Below the pieces are notes generated by a model. The model saw only the letters and a program-made list of their open reading frames with translations, did not search any database and was not told the origin of the DNA. Positions 35,354 to 45,513 of a stretch of DNA of 64,000 nt are shown here, piece by piece. The DNA lies in contig CAWKBC010000017.1 in the NCBI GenBank assembly GCA_963847705.1, forward strand, positions 160,001-224,000, given 5' to 3'. Position numbers and translations under genes: made by a program. Positions within the stretch are counted from its first letter, which is position 1; each line of letters begins with the position of its first letter. This DNA is from an uncultured Pseudomonadota bacterium (GTDB taxonomy: Bacteria; Myxococcota_A; Polyangia; Fen-1088).

Positions 35354-36709
35354 ATGCAGGTGGCGAATTCACTCGGGGCTGCGCGGCCGATCGTTCTGGT
35401 GGGGGTGGCTGGCCTGGCGGTCGCGCTCGGCGGCGGCTGCCGCCGTCCCGCACTGGTGCCGGCGCAGGGCCCGCTCTGCGCGCCCCCGCCCGCCATCGCC
35501 AAGGTGACGGCGAAGGGGCCGGCGAAGGACGACGACCCCGCCGAGCCGCCACCCCGCCCGCTGCGGCGCTGCTTCCCCGAGCAGCCGGCCTGGGTCGACG
35601 CGCCGGTCGCCGATCTGCTCGACAAGGCCGCGCTCCTCTTCGACAAGGGGGACTACGCCGGGACGCTGGCCTGCGCCGAAGAGGCGGCCCGCGCGGCGCC
35701 GCGCTCGGTGGAGGCGCACCACAACCGGGCGATCGCGCTCATGCGGCTCGACCGGCTGGAGGAGGCGCGCGACGCGCTCGAGCTGGCGCTGGCGCTGGCG
35801 CCCGACGATCCGGAGACGCTCGAGGCGGCCGCCGACCTGCAGGTCAACCAGCTCCCACCGTCGGGCGATCGCTCGGCGCTGGGGTTGGAGTACGCCCGGC
35901 GTGGGAGCCGGCACGTCCCGCGCCGCGACGTCGAGGAGGTGGCCCGGCTGGCTCTTCTCGAGGGGCAGGCGCTGATCGATCTCGGGCGCGCGGCCGAGGC
36001 GCTCCGGCGGATCGACGCGGCCCTGGCCGCGCAGCCGCACTTCGGGGCCGCGGTCTACGAGCGCGGGGTGGCGCTGTTCGAGCTCTGCCGGTTCGACGAG
36101 GCGCGGGCGACCTTCACCAAGGTGCTGGCCGAGACGCCCGATCACGCGCACGCGCTCTACCACCTGGGGCTCATCGAGGAGCGGGCGGGCGACGAGGCGG
36201 CCGCCGGACGCCACCTGGCCGCGGCGACCGCCGCCGATCCCAAGTCGTTCCCACCGGCGCCGGAGATCACGCAGCCCGACTTCGAGGCCCGGGTCCGGCG
36301 CGCGGTGGCGGCGCTGCCGGCCGATTTTCGCCGCGATATCTCGGGCGTCACGGTGCAGGCCGCCGATCTCCCGGATCTGGAGGATCTGACGGCGGAGAAG
36401 CCGCCGCTCTCTCCCACCATCCTGGGTCTCTTCCGCGGATTGCCGCTCGACTACGACGATCAGGCCGCGGCGCCCACGCCGGCCGGACGCTCGCGCAAGG
36501 GGCACGCGGCCCCCCCACCGCCGTCGGAGAGCGCGCCGGTGCAGTGCGACGCCGGCGATCGCGCCATAGTCCTGTATCGTCGAAACCTGCTGCGCACGGT
36601 GAAGGACGGCGCCGAGCTGGATCAGGCGATCACCCGGACGCTGCTGCACGAGGTCGGCCACCTGCGCGGCGAAGACGACGGATCCCTGCGCGATCGCGGC
36701 CTCGAGTAA
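35354..36709 (+). CDS. TPR lipoprotein with C-terminal Zincin_1 (DUF1025-like) metallopeptidase; start uncertain (35288-35354)
   Basis: Lipobox LGGGC; TPR repeats; ILGLFRG...IVLYRRNL...TLLHEVGH (HExxH). Confidence 0.82.
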   Translation: MQVANSLGAARPIVLVGVAGLAVALGGGCRRPALVPAQGPLCAPPPAIAKVTAKGPAKDDDPAEPPPRPLRRCFPEQPAWVDAPVADLLDKAALLFDKGDYAGTLACAEEAARAAPRSVEAHHNRAIALMRLDRLEEARDALELALALAPDDPETLEAAADLQVNQLPPSGDRSALGLEYARRGSRHVPRRDVEEVARLALLEGQALIDLGRAAEALRRIDAALAAQPHFGAAVYERGVALFELCRFDEARATFTKVLAETPDHAHALYHLGLIEERAGDEAAAGRHLAAATAADPKSFPPAPEITQPDFEARVRRAVAALPADFRRDISGVTVQAADLPDLEDLTAEKPPLSPTILGLFRGLPLDYDDQAAAPTPAGRSRKGHAAPPPPSESAPVQCDAGDRAIVLYRRNLLRTVKDGAELDQAITRTLLHEVGHLRGEDDGSLRDRGLE

Positions 36710-36721
36710 TACATTAGACGC

Positions 36722-37690
36722 GTGATACGCGTCGACGGTCTGGCGAAGACCTACGGCCGCTCCGGCGACGGTCGACCGCCGGCGCTGGAGGGGGTCTCGT
36801 TCGAGGTGGGGCGCGGCGAGATCGTTGGCCTCCTCGGGCCGAACGGCGCCGGCAAGTCGACGATGATGCGGATCCTGACATGCTTCCTGGCGCCGACGCG
36901 CGGGTCGGCCACGCTGGCGGGGGCTTCGATCGCCGACGATCCGCGGGGCGTGCGGCGCGCGGTCGGCTACCTCCCGGAGGCGGTCCCGCTGCCGCCCGAG
37001 ATGCGCGTCGTCGAGTACCTCGCTTTTCGGGCGGCGCTGAAGGGGCTCCCGCGCCGTGCCCGCCCGGCGGCGGTCTCCCGCGCCATCGAAGAGGTGGGGC
37101 TGGGGGCGCGGCGTGCCCAGATCATCGGGACGCTGTCGCGCGGGTACCGGCAGCGGGTGGGGCTGGCGGACGCGCTCCTCGGAGGGCCTCCTATCTTGAT
37201 CCTCGACGAGCCGACGGTCGGGCTCGATCCAAACCAGATCCGGGAGACGCGCGCGCTCATCCGCGAGCTCGGCCGTGAACGGACCATCCTGCTGTCGACC
37301 CACGTGCTCCCCGAGGTGGAGGCGGTCGCCACGCGGGTCATCATCTTGCACCACGGCCGCGTGGTCGCTGCGCAAACCCAGGACGAGCTCGGGGCCCGCC
37401 TGGCCGGCGCGCGCCGGGTGATCGTCGAGCTCTCCGCCGCGGAGCTCCCCCGCGCGACCGAGCTCCTGCGCACGGTCGCGGGGGTGGCCGCGGTGGCTCC
37501 GCTCGGCGAGACGCGGCTGGCGCTGACGCCGGCCTCGGGTGCCTCCGACGACGAGGGCGCTCTGCGCGAGGCGGTCTTCCGGGCGGCCGTCGCCGCCGGC
37601 CTGGTCCTCCGCGAGCTGCGCCCCGAGGCCGCCTCGCTGGAGGAGCTGTTCGCGCGCGCGACCTCCCGGAACGGGGAGCGACCGGCGTGA
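36722..37690 (+). CDS. ABC transporter ATP-binding protein (GldA-like)
   Basis: GPNGAGKST, LSRGYRQR, LILDEPTVGLDP. Confidence 0.92.
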   Translation: MIRVDGLAKTYGRSGDGRPPALEGVSFEVGRGEIVGLLGPNGAGKSTMMRILTCFLAPTRGSATLAGASIADDPRGVRRAVGYLPEAVPLPPEMRVVEYLAFRAALKGLPRRARPAAVSRAIEEVGLGARRAQIIGTLSRGYRQRVGLADALLGGPPILILDEPTVGLDPNQIRETRALIRELGRERTILLSTHVLPEVEAVATRVIILHHGRVVAAQTQDELGARLAGARRVIVELSAAELPRATELLRTVAGVAAVAPLGETRLALTPASGASDDEGALREAVFRAAVAAGLVLRELRPEAASLEELFARATSRNGERPA

Positions 37691-39939
37691 ACCGGCTGAT
37701 GGCGATCGCCCGGCGGGAGTGGGCCGGCTACTTCCGCACGCCGGCGGGCTGGGCCGTGCTGGCCCTGTTCCTCTTGCTGCAGGGGATCGTCTTCTGGATG
37801 TTCGTGCAGTTCCTGGGGCGGCCCGACGCGCCGCCCGGCGGGGTGATGGAGTTCTTCTTCGGCGGGACGATCCTCTACTGGATCGCGCTCGGCCTGCTGG
37901 CGACGGTGGTGCCGATGCGCCTCGTCGCCGAGGAGCTCCGCACTGGCACGATCGAGCCACTTCTGACGGCGCCTGTCTCCCCCGGCGAGGTGGTGGTCGG
38001 AAAGTGGCTGGCGGCGCTGGGGTTCTATCTGGCGGCCTGGGCGCCGACGTTGCTCTACCTCGTCTACCTGTGGCGGGTGGGGGCGGCGCTCGAGCCGGGG
38101 CCGATCGTCGCCGGTTATCTGGGGACGGTGCTCCTCGGCGCCGCGGCGCTGGCCATCGGTCTTCTGGCCTCGGCGTTGACCCGGAACCAGCTGGTGGCGG
38201 CGACACTCTCCTTCGTCGCGTTTCTCGCGGCGCTCCTGGCCGGAGCGCTCGAGGCGGAGGTGCGCGCGCCAGGCCTGGCGGCCGCATTGCGGCGCTACAG
38301 CCTGTTTCGCGTGATGGAGGACTTCGGGCACGGCATCGTCGACTCGCGGCCGGTGGCGCTCCTGGTGACGGTGGTCGTCCTGGCGCTGGCGGCGGCGACG
38401 GCGCGGGTCGCCGGGCTGCGTGGTCCGACGCCGCTTGACGCGCCGACGACGCGCCGCTGGTCGCCGCGCCTGGCGGCGATCCTGGTCGTGGCGATCGCGC
38501 TGATGGCCAACGCGATCGCCGCGCGCCGCTACCTGCGGGGCGACTGGACGCGGGCCTCGCTCTACGCGCTCTCCGAGGAGACGGTGAACGTTCTCCGTGA
38601 GCTGCCGCGCCCGGTGACGGCGACGATCTTCCTCTACCCGAGGCGCGACTCCGAGCGGGCGCGCGCGATCGCCGGCTTCGTCCGCGAGCTGACCGAAAGA
38701 TTCACGCGCGCGTCCGGCGGGAAGTTCCAGGCCGAGATCATCGACCCGGATCGCGCGCCCGAGCGCGCCGAGGCGGCAGCCAGGCGCTACGGGCTCGGCG
38801 CCTACGAGATGGGGCAGGGGGTGGTCATCTTCACCTCGGGCGCCCGCTCGAAGGTGATCACCGAGGAGGATCTGGTCGAGCCGGAGGTCGACGCCGACGG
38901 CGAGCCCGAGCCGACCATCCACGCCTGGCGCGGCGAGGCGGCCTTCGTCTCGGCGCTGCTGGCCGTCACCGACGACCGGCCGCCGCTGGTCTGCTTCAGC
39001 AAGGGGCACGGCGAGCCCGACCTCGCGTCGCTGGAAGACGGCGGCTACGCCAGCTTTGCCGAGGACGTCCGACGCGATGGCGACGAGACGCGCGCGCTCG
39101 ACAAGCTGGCCGACGCGGCGGGCGTCGGCTGCCGGGTGCTGGTCATCGCCGAGCCGACGCGTGCCTTCTCCCAGCCCGAGCTCGCCGCCGTCGAAGCCTT
39201 CGTCGAGGGCGGTGGCCGCCTGCTGGTCATGGTGGGCCCCGTGTTCGCGCCGGGCGGCGCCGACTTCGCCCACCTCGGCCTCGAGACGCTGGCCGCGCGC
39301 TACGGCGTGACCCTGGCCGATGCGCTGGTGGTCGATCCGTCGCACGCCAGCGACGTCGAGGGTCCCTCGGTCTGGGCCGCCGGCCGCGACAGCTACCTGC
39401 CGCATCCGATCACCGCGCGCTTCGGCGGCCGGCTGACGTTCTGGCCGCGCACGCGCCAAGTTGCGCCGGCGCCGCTGGCGTCCCGGCCAGCCGGTTTGAC
39501 GGTCACGCCGCTCGTCCGCACCAGCGCCGACGGATGGGGCGAGACCGATCTGTCGACCATCCGGGGCGACGCCGATCTGACCTTCGACGCTGCCGTCGAC
39601 CGCAAGGGCCCGGTGACGGTGGCGGTCGCCGTCGCGCGCGCCGCGACCGGCGCCGCGCCCGCGACGCGCCTGGCGTTCCTGGGCACCGGGCGGCTGGTGA
39701 TGAATTACCGCCTCTCCGGCGTCACGCTGCGCGACTACGACGCCGACTTCGTTCTCTCCACGATCGCCTGGCTCGCCGATCGCGACGCGCGCATCGGCAT
39801 CGGCCCCAAGCTCACGCGACGGGTGGCGCTGTCGCTCACGGCCGCCGATGTCAGCTGGGCCTTTCGCCTGTTCGTCATCGGCCTGCCCTTGCTGGCCCTG
39901 GCGGCGGGCGCCTGGGTCTCGGCGCGGCGGCGCGTCTGA
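37687..39939 (+). CDS. Fused ABC-2 permease + GldG/ABC_transp_aux (GIFT) domain
   Basis: AEELRTGTIEPLLT...GKWLA permease; DWTRASLYALSEET and FSKGHGE GldG motifs; C-terminal TM helix. Confidence 0.85.
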   Translation: MNRLMAIARREWAGYFRTPAGWAVLALFLLLQGIVFWMFVQFLGRPDAPPGGVMEFFFGGTILYWIALGLLATVVPMRLVAEELRTGTIEPLLTAPVSPGEVVVGKWLAALGFYLAAWAPTLLYLVYLWRVGAALEPGPIVAGYLGTVLLGAAALAIGLLASALTRNQLVAATLSFVAFLAALLAGALEAEVRAPGLAAALRRYSLFRVMEDFGHGIVDSRPVALLVTVVVLALAAATARVAGLRGPTPLDAPTTRRWSPRLAAILVVAIALMANAIAARRYLRGDWTRASLYALSEETVNVLRELPRPVTATIFLYPRRDSERARAIAGFVRELTERFTRASGGKFQAEIIDPDRAPERAEAAARRYGLGAYEMGQGVVIFTSGARSKVITEEDLVEPEVDADGEPEPTIHAWRGEAAFVSALLAVTDDRPPLVCFSKGHGEPDLASLEDGGYASFAEDVRRDGDETRALDKLADAAGVGCRVLVIAEPTRAFSQPELAAVEAFVEGGGRLLVMVGPVFAPGGADFAHLGLETLAARYGVTLADALVVDPSHASDVEGPSVWAAGRDSYLPHPITARFGGRLTFWPRTRQVAPAPLASRPAGLTVTPLVRTSADGWGETDLSTIRGDADLTFDAAVDRKGPVTVAVAVARAATGAAPATRLAFLGTGRLVMNYRLSGVTLRDYDADFVLSTIAWLADRDARIGIGPKLTRRVALSLTAADVSWAFRLFVIGLPLLALAAGAWVSARRRV

Positions 39940-41612
39940 TGCGCAAGGTGGCCGGTCTCGCGGCGGTGGCGGCGGTGCTCGCCGGCTACCTGTTGTTCGG
40001 CGATCGGCAGCGGGGCGCCAGCGACGGCAGCTCGGGCGACCACCCCCGGTTGGTGGACGGCTTCGATCGCGGGGCCGTCCGCCGGTTGACGATCAGGCGG
40101 GCCGGTGCGCCGCCCTTCTCGCTGGTCCGACAGCCTGAGGGCCAGGAGCCGGCCTGGCGCGAGAGCCCGGGCGGGGAGCCAGCCGACGGGGCCGCCGTCG
40201 ACGATCTCCTGGCCGCGATCGATCTGGCCGAGACGACGCGCAGGGCGGACGTCGGGGCCGACGCCGCCGGGCTGGCGCCGCCGCGGGTGGCGCTGGAGCT
40301 CGACCAGCCGCGCGGCCCGGTCACCATCGAGCTCGGGCGCCTCGACGCCGCCGGGCAGGGGGTGTTCGCGCGGGCCGGTGGCGCGACGGCGATCCGTGTG
40401 ACGCCGCGGCGGTTGGCCGAGCTCGCCGATCGAGCGCCGTGGGCGTTTCGCGATCGGCGGCTGGTCCCGCTGGCGGCCGACGCGATCACGGCGCTCCGCT
40501 GGCATGAGGGGGGCGGCACGCGGGCCGAGCGCCGCTTGCGCCTGGTCGCCGGGCGCTGGCAGAACGCAGACGATCGATGGGTGGGCGGCGAGCGCGTGGC
40601 CGAGAGCCTGCGTCGTCTTCTCGGGCTCCGCGTCGAGCGGTACGAGCCACCGCGGCCCGCGCCGGAGGCCCCTTCGCAGCTCGCGGTCCAGACGGCCGAC
40701 GGCGCGACGATACGGCTGTCGTTTCCGGGCGACCGTTGCGCCGTCCAGCCCGGAGTGCGCGTGGAACGCGAAGGGCCGTCCCTCGTGGACGGGGGTTGTC
40801 TGGCACCGGAGACGCTGGGCGATCTCTGGCGCTCGCTGGAGGCCGCGTCGGTGCCCGATCTGCGCCTCGTCTCGTCGCCCCCCGACACGGTGACCCGGGT
40901 GGTGATGACGGGCGATGCAGGTGAGCATCGACGGCTGGTCCTCGCACGGGTGCCGGGCGGCACCTGGCGGTTCGAGGACCCCAAGGTGGCGTACGCGGCC
41001 GATCCACGCCTGGTCGACGACTGGCTCGCCACGCTCGGGAGGGTCGAGATCGGGCCGTCGGCGGCGGCTGTCAATCCGAAGCTTCCGAAGCCGGTGAACC
41101 AACGGCCGGTGCGGCACCTGACCCTCGATGCACGGCCGGGCGAGACGGTCGCCGTCTCGCCGGGAGATCCAGGGTATGCGCTGGTCGATCCCGAGCCGCT
41201 CCGTTTCCGCGATCGCGCCGCGCTCGACTTCGCCCACTTCGACGCGCGCGAGCTCGAGCGCTCGGCCGCCGGCCAGACCGTCCAGCTCGCCAGCTCCGAT
41301 GGTGACAGCTGGCGCGTGGTCACTCCGGCGGGCGCCGCCGCCGATCGCACCAGCGCCGCGCGGGTCGTGGGCGCGCTCGGCAACCTGCGGGTGGAAACGT
41401 ACCTCCCGGCGGAGAAGGCGCCTGCCGGTCCGCCGGAGGTCTCGCTGGCGATCACCATCCAACCGCCCGGAGAGCCGGCGCCCATCCGGCACACGCTCGA
41501 GCTCTACAAAAGAAAAGAGGCGCCCGGTTGTACCGGACGCCTCGATTGCGAGGTGGTGTTCACGCTCGCCCCGGCGGCCTGTGACGAGCTCCGCCTGGGG
41601 CTGCTGAACTAG
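39939..41612 (+). CDS. DUF4340-type periplasmic partner of the Gld-like ABC system
   Basis: N-terminal anchor; repeated W...AD..AVDDLL and FRDR motifs; TGATG coupling to the upstream gene. Confidence 0.72.
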   Translation: MRKVAGLAAVAAVLAGYLLFGDRQRGASDGSSGDHPRLVDGFDRGAVRRLTIRRAGAPPFSLVRQPEGQEPAWRESPGGEPADGAAVDDLLAAIDLAETTRRADVGADAAGLAPPRVALELDQPRGPVTIELGRLDAAGQGVFARAGGATAIRVTPRRLAELADRAPWAFRDRRLVPLAADAITALRWHEGGGTRAERRLRLVAGRWQNADDRWVGGERVAESLRRLLGLRVERYEPPRPAPEAPSQLAVQTADGATIRLSFPGDRCAVQPGVRVEREGPSLVDGGCLAPETLGDLWRSLEAASVPDLRLVSSPPDTVTRVVMTGDAGEHRRLVLARVPGGTWRFEDPKVAYAADPRLVDDWLATLGRVEIGPSAAAVNPKLPKPVNQRPVRHLTLDARPGETVAVSPGDPGYALVDPEPLRFRDRAALDFAHFDARELERSAAGQTVQLASSDGDSWRVVTPAGAAADRTSAARVVGALGNLRVETYLPAEKAPAGPPEVSLAITIQPPGEPAPIRHTLELYKRKEAPGCTGRLDCEVVFTLAPAACDELRLGLLN

Positions 41613-41618
41613 CCAGGG

Positions 41619-42386
41619 CTACTTCTTCTTGCCCTTGCCCTCGGCGTCGATGCGGGCGCCGCCGACCATCTCGGCCGGCTTGCCTTCCAGGTTGATCGTC
41701 TGCGCGTCGGGCGGGAGCACGGCGTTCCCCTCGACGACGACGTTGCCGGTGGCGTCCTGCAGCTTCTTGTGGATGATGAGGCCGTCGGAGGCGGCGAAGC
41801 CGCCCATCGAGTTGATCGAGAAGGTTCCGGTCACCACGTACTGCTCGCCGGCCTTGGCCACCAGCGCCTTCGGCTTGCCGGTCTTCCAGTCCTTGACCGG
41901 GTAGTCGGCGACCAGCAGGCCGTGATCGATCTTGGTGGTCGCGGTGTCACCGAGGAAGAAGTGCGGCTGGTCGCAGGGGCGGCAGCCGCCCTTCATCGCC
42001 GCCGGATCCGGCGCGGGCGGGCCCTTGCCCGGCAGGCCGCCCGACTTCATCTCTTTCTTCTTCTCCTTCTTCGTCTTCGCCGCCAGATCGTCGTTGCACT
42101 TCCGCTGCTCGGCGGGGCACTCGTAGATCGTCAGCAGGTACGCGCGCACCTGGACGTCCTTGTCCAGGTACTGGTTCATGTGCTTGCGCAATCCGTAGAT
42201 CGACATCTCGCCGCTGGGGTATTTTTCCGGCGCCGTCTGGATGTTGAAGTTCGGCGGCGGCGGCAGATCGACTTTGACGGGTGGCAGCTCCTGCCCCTGG
42301 CCGTAAGCTAGCCGAATGCCGCTGGGCGCGAGCAGCGCCAATGCCAAAGGAATGGTCCGGTGATATACGGTCGGCAGTCGCTTCAT
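41619..42386 (-). CDS. Secreted hypothetical protein with Cys pairs, possible OB fold
   Basis: GGAGG RBS; signal-peptide-like N-terminus; CPAEQRKC and CRPCDQPH; host-like codon bias. Confidence 0.6.
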   Translation of the reverse strand: MKRLPTVYHRTIPLALALLAPSGIRLAYGQGQELPPVKVDLPPPPNFNIQTAPEKYPSGEMSIYGLRKHMNQYLDKDVQVRAYLLTIYECPAEQRKCNDDLAAKTKKEKKKEMKSGGLPGKGPPAPDPAAMKGGCRPCDQPHFFLGDTATTKIDHGLLVADYPVKDWKTGKPKALVAKAGEQYVVTGTFSINSMGGFAASDGLIIHKKLQDATGNVVVEGNAVLPPDAQTINLEGKPAEMVGGARIDAEGKGKKK

Positions 42387-42407
42387 GGACAAGCCCTCCA
42401 CCGCACG

Positions 42408-44111
42408 ATGCGGGTGAACCTGAATAACACAGTGATTTTCGACGAGCAAGCGTGGCCAACGCGGTTTGCGGTTGTGCTGGCGCTCGCCGTTTGGTCGCTC
42501 TCCTTGTCGGTCGCGGGCTGTCGATCGAAGAAGGAGAAGCCGGCCTCCGCCGCTGCTTCAGCCGGTCCCGATCTCCAGCTGATCCATCCGCCGCCGCCGC
42601 CCGCGGAGGATGTGCCCGCTCCGGCTGACGTCCCGGCGCCGGCCCGGCGGGGCGGGGTGCTGCGCGTCCACCTCGACGCCGAGCCGACCAGCCTGTTGCC
42701 GCTCGCCGAGTCGGACGCCGCCGCCGCGCAGGTGACCAACGGCCTCGTCTACGAGACGCTGCTCGACTGCCGCGATGGAACCTACAAGCCGGGCCTCGCC
42801 GAGAGCTGGGACGTCTCGAACGACGGTATGCGCCTGGCGGTGCGGGTGCGCAGCGGCGTTCACTGGCACGACCACCGCGCGTTCGGCGTGCTCGACGTGC
42901 AGGGGACGGTCGAGCCGCTCTTGCGGACGGGGACCGACGCGCCGGTGCTGCGCGCCGAGCTGGCCGACGTCGCGTCGATCGAGCTGGTGACCGAGCGGAC
43001 CGTCCGCTTCGTGCTCAAGCGGCCCTCGGACTTCGCGCTGCGGGCGCTCTGCGACGTGCCGATGCTCCCCGACCATCTGGTGCACGGCATCCGCCCGGAG
43101 GCCTCGCCGATCGCGCGCCAGCCGGTCGGCACGGGGCCGTTTCGTTTCGCCGGCTGGGATCACGGCAAGCGGATCCGGCTCGAGCGCGCGCCCGAGTACT
43201 GGGGCCCGCCGGCCGGCGTCGACGAGATCGTGTTCGACCTCGATCCCGACGCGGTCCGCTCGCTCAACCGCACCCGGCGCGGCGAGATCGACGTCCTGTC
43301 GCGCGTGATCGACGCCCACTATCCGGACCAGGTGGAGCCGACCACCTTGCACGGCGGCACGACGCTGCTCCGGCTGCGCTCCCGCCGGTATTCGTTCCTG
43401 GCGGTCAATCACCAGCACTACCCGCTCAGCGATCCCCGCTTTCGCAAGGCGCTGACGCTGCTCTGGGATCGAACGCGCTTCGCCGGCGAGCTGCACAACG
43501 ATCTGGCGCGCCCGATCGGCGGCCCGCCCCTGGTCGACGATCTTCCGGCGCCGCCGCTCGATCGCCCGCGCGCGGCCACCGCGCTGGACGACGCTGGCTA
43601 CCGCGACAGCGACGCCGACGGCGTGCGCGATCACCTCGGCCATCCGATTCGCCTGACGCTGCTCGAGCCGGCCGGCAACCGGCAGTTCCACGTCGAGGCG
43701 CACGCCTTCGCGCTGGAGGCGCGCAAGGTCGGCATCCTGGTCGACCTGGTGCCGGCGGATGCCGCCACCATCCAGCAGCGGCTGAAGCGGGGGGAGTTCG
43801 ATCTCGTGCCACTCATCTGGGAGGGGACGCCCGACGAGGATCCCGAGCCGCTCTATGGAACGGGCGGGGCGTTCAACTACGGCGGCTACCGCTCGAGCGC
43901 GCTCGAGGCGCTGATCGACGAGGCCAGGGGCGCCGCCGGACCGAGCGCGCGCGCGCCGATCCTGGCGCGCATCGCGCATCTCCTCGCCGACGAGCAGCCG
44001 GTGATCTTTCTGTATCGCTACGACATCCCGGCGCTGGCTTCGACGCGCGTGCACGGGCTGGCCGCAGTCGGAGACCGGTTCGATCTCCGGCGCGTCTGGC
44101 TCGACCCATAA
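42408..44111 (+). CDS. ABC transporter substrate-binding lipoprotein, family 5 (start uncertain)
   Basis: Lipobox VAGC; GGVLRV, PGLAESWDVS, PVGTGPFRF. Confidence 0.88.
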   Translation: MRVNLNNTVIFDEQAWPTRFAVVLALAVWSLSLSVAGCRSKKEKPASAAASAGPDLQLIHPPPPPAEDVPAPADVPAPARRGGVLRVHLDAEPTSLLPLAESDAAAAQVTNGLVYETLLDCRDGTYKPGLAESWDVSNDGMRLAVRVRSGVHWHDHRAFGVLDVQGTVEPLLRTGTDAPVLRAELADVASIELVTERTVRFVLKRPSDFALRALCDVPMLPDHLVHGIRPEASPIARQPVGTGPFRFAGWDHGKRIRLERAPEYWGPPAGVDEIVFDLDPDAVRSLNRTRRGEIDVLSRVIDAHYPDQVEPTTLHGGTTLLRLRSRRYSFLAVNHQHYPLSDPRFRKALTLLWDRTRFAGELHNDLARPIGGPPLVDDLPAPPLDRPRAATALDDAGYRDSDADGVRDHLGHPIRLTLLEPAGNRQFHVEAHAFALEARKVGILVDLVPADAATIQQRLKRGEFDLVPLIWEGTPDEDPEPLYGTGGAFNYGGYRSSALEALIDEARGAAGPSARAPILARIAHLLADEQPVIFLYRYDIPALASTRVHGLAAVGDRFDLRRVWLDP

Positions 44112-44114
44112 ACG

Positions 44115-45227
44115 ATGACCGGGACGCTCGGGATGACGAAGCTCGCGCTGGCGTTCGTCCTGGGGCTCGACCCGGGCCGGGCGCTCGGCGGCTGCCTCCC
44201 CCCGAAGCCGACGGCGGGCACTGGCGTCGCCGATCCCTTCAAGCCGCCCGACCCCCAGGCGACCGAGCTGAACGCCGCGGCGAAGGTTCTTTATCGCCAA
44301 GGCAAATGGGAAGAGGCGCGCACGGAGTACCGCGCGGCCGCGGCTGCCGATCCGACCTTCCTGGCGCCGCGCCTCAACGTCGCCTGCTCATACGTCCGCC
44401 AGGAGCGGTTCGGCGAGGCGGCGAGCGAGGTGCGCGCGCTCATCGAGCGGGCCTACGTCCCCTGGTCGCGGGAGGTGCTGGAAGCGGCGGATCTGGGGGC
44501 GCTCAAGGTGCAGCCTCAGATGGTGGAGCTCGAGCGCGCGCTGGCCGCTGCGGCGGTCGCGTGGGGCGCCGGCCTCGACGAGAGCGTCATCTTCGTCGGC
44601 CGCCTGCGGGCGCCGCTGCACGTCCCGCCGGACGGCGCGGGCGAATTCATCCTCAACCCGCACCAGGAGGTCTTCGCCTTCACGCCGTCGACGGGGCTCT
44701 ACCGGCAGCTCACGGCCGAGGACGGCCACGTCGTGGCGGTGGCGCTGGCGCCCGATCGGCGCCGGATCGTCTACGTCACGGCAGGGAAGCTGGTCCGCGG
44801 CGCCAGGCCGGACACCGTCGCGCTGGACGGCGTCGCCCTCGGCGAGCTGACGCTGGCGACCATGACCGCCGGCCCGCCGCTCCCCATCGCGGGCCCCGTC
44901 CGGCGGCTCGAGATCGCCGGGACGCCGCACGGGTTCGCCTACCGCATCGAAGGGGAGCGCACGAACGGTCTGTTCGTGGTCGGCGCCACCCGGACGCTGG
45001 TTCCCCTCGGCGGTGCCAAGCTCCCAGGTGTGCCGCTCGCGGTCTTGACGCCGGGGGGGCCGTTGCCGGTCGGTTCAGTGGCGGTCCCCGGCGGCTGTCC
45101 GGTCGTCGCGCGGGATCGAAAATCGGCGGAGGGGGGCCGCGCGATCCTCCTCACCGCCCATGGGCAACCGTCCCGGACCATCGGCGGCCTCTCCGGCGCG
45201 GGCCTGTCCGGACTTCCGCTCCCGTAA
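44115..45227 (+). CDS. TPR-containing exported protein
   Basis: LNAAAKVLYRQGKWEEARTEY...RLNVACSY TPR pair. Confidence 0.65.
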   Translation: MTGTLGMTKLALAFVLGLDPGRALGGCLPPKPTAGTGVADPFKPPDPQATELNAAAKVLYRQGKWEEARTEYRAAAAADPTFLAPRLNVACSYVRQERFGEAASEVRALIERAYVPWSREVLEAADLGALKVQPQMVELERALAAAAVAWGAGLDESVIFVGRLRAPLHVPPDGAGEFILNPHQEVFAFTPSTGLYRQLTAEDGHVVAVALAPDRRRIVYVTAGKLVRGARPDTVALDGVALGELTLATMTAGPPLPIAGPVRRLEIAGTPHGFAYRIEGERTNGLFVVGATRTLVPLGGAKLPGVPLAVLTPGGPLPVGSVAVPGGCPVVARDRKSAEGGRAILLTAHGQPSRTIGGLSGAGLSGLPLP

Positions 45228-45293
45228 GCGGGTCGTAACTTACAAGGATGAGCAAAAAATTGCGGCTGTGCACAGGTAGGATAGTGTACGACC

Positions 45294-45494
45294 ATGTCGG
45301 CAAAACCACGTATCCTCTGGATTGTTCCGGCGGCCGTCCTGGCTTCGTGGCTGGCGGTTCGCTCCTTGGCGGCCTTCCCGGCCTACGGGCTGGAAGACCC
45401 GCCCATTTCGACCGCGATGCCCAAGATTCCCGATCCCGTGCTGGCGGAGATGATCTCCCGCTTCGCGGTCGAAGCCCGGCTCCACCACAACTAG
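45294..45494 (+). CDS. Small (66 aa) membrane or secreted protein
   Basis: Hydrophobic N-terminus; preceded by TTGCGG-N16-TAGTGT-N6-ATG. Confidence 0.4.
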   Translation: MSAKPRILWIVPAAVLASWLAVRSLAAFPAYGLEDPPISTAMPKIPDPVLAEMISRFAVEARLHHN

Positions 45495-45513
45495 TCGTCG
45501 CCGGAGCGCGGCG

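Noticed and set aside
32412-38287. 1046-aa and 972-aa minus-strand ORFs
   Set aside because: Shadows of polA, the TPR-zincin gene and the ABC genes.
36722-41612. Calling the Gld-like ABC operon a gliding-motility locus
   Set aside because: Myxobacterial gliding uses Agl-Glt, and GldAFG homologues occur widely without that role.
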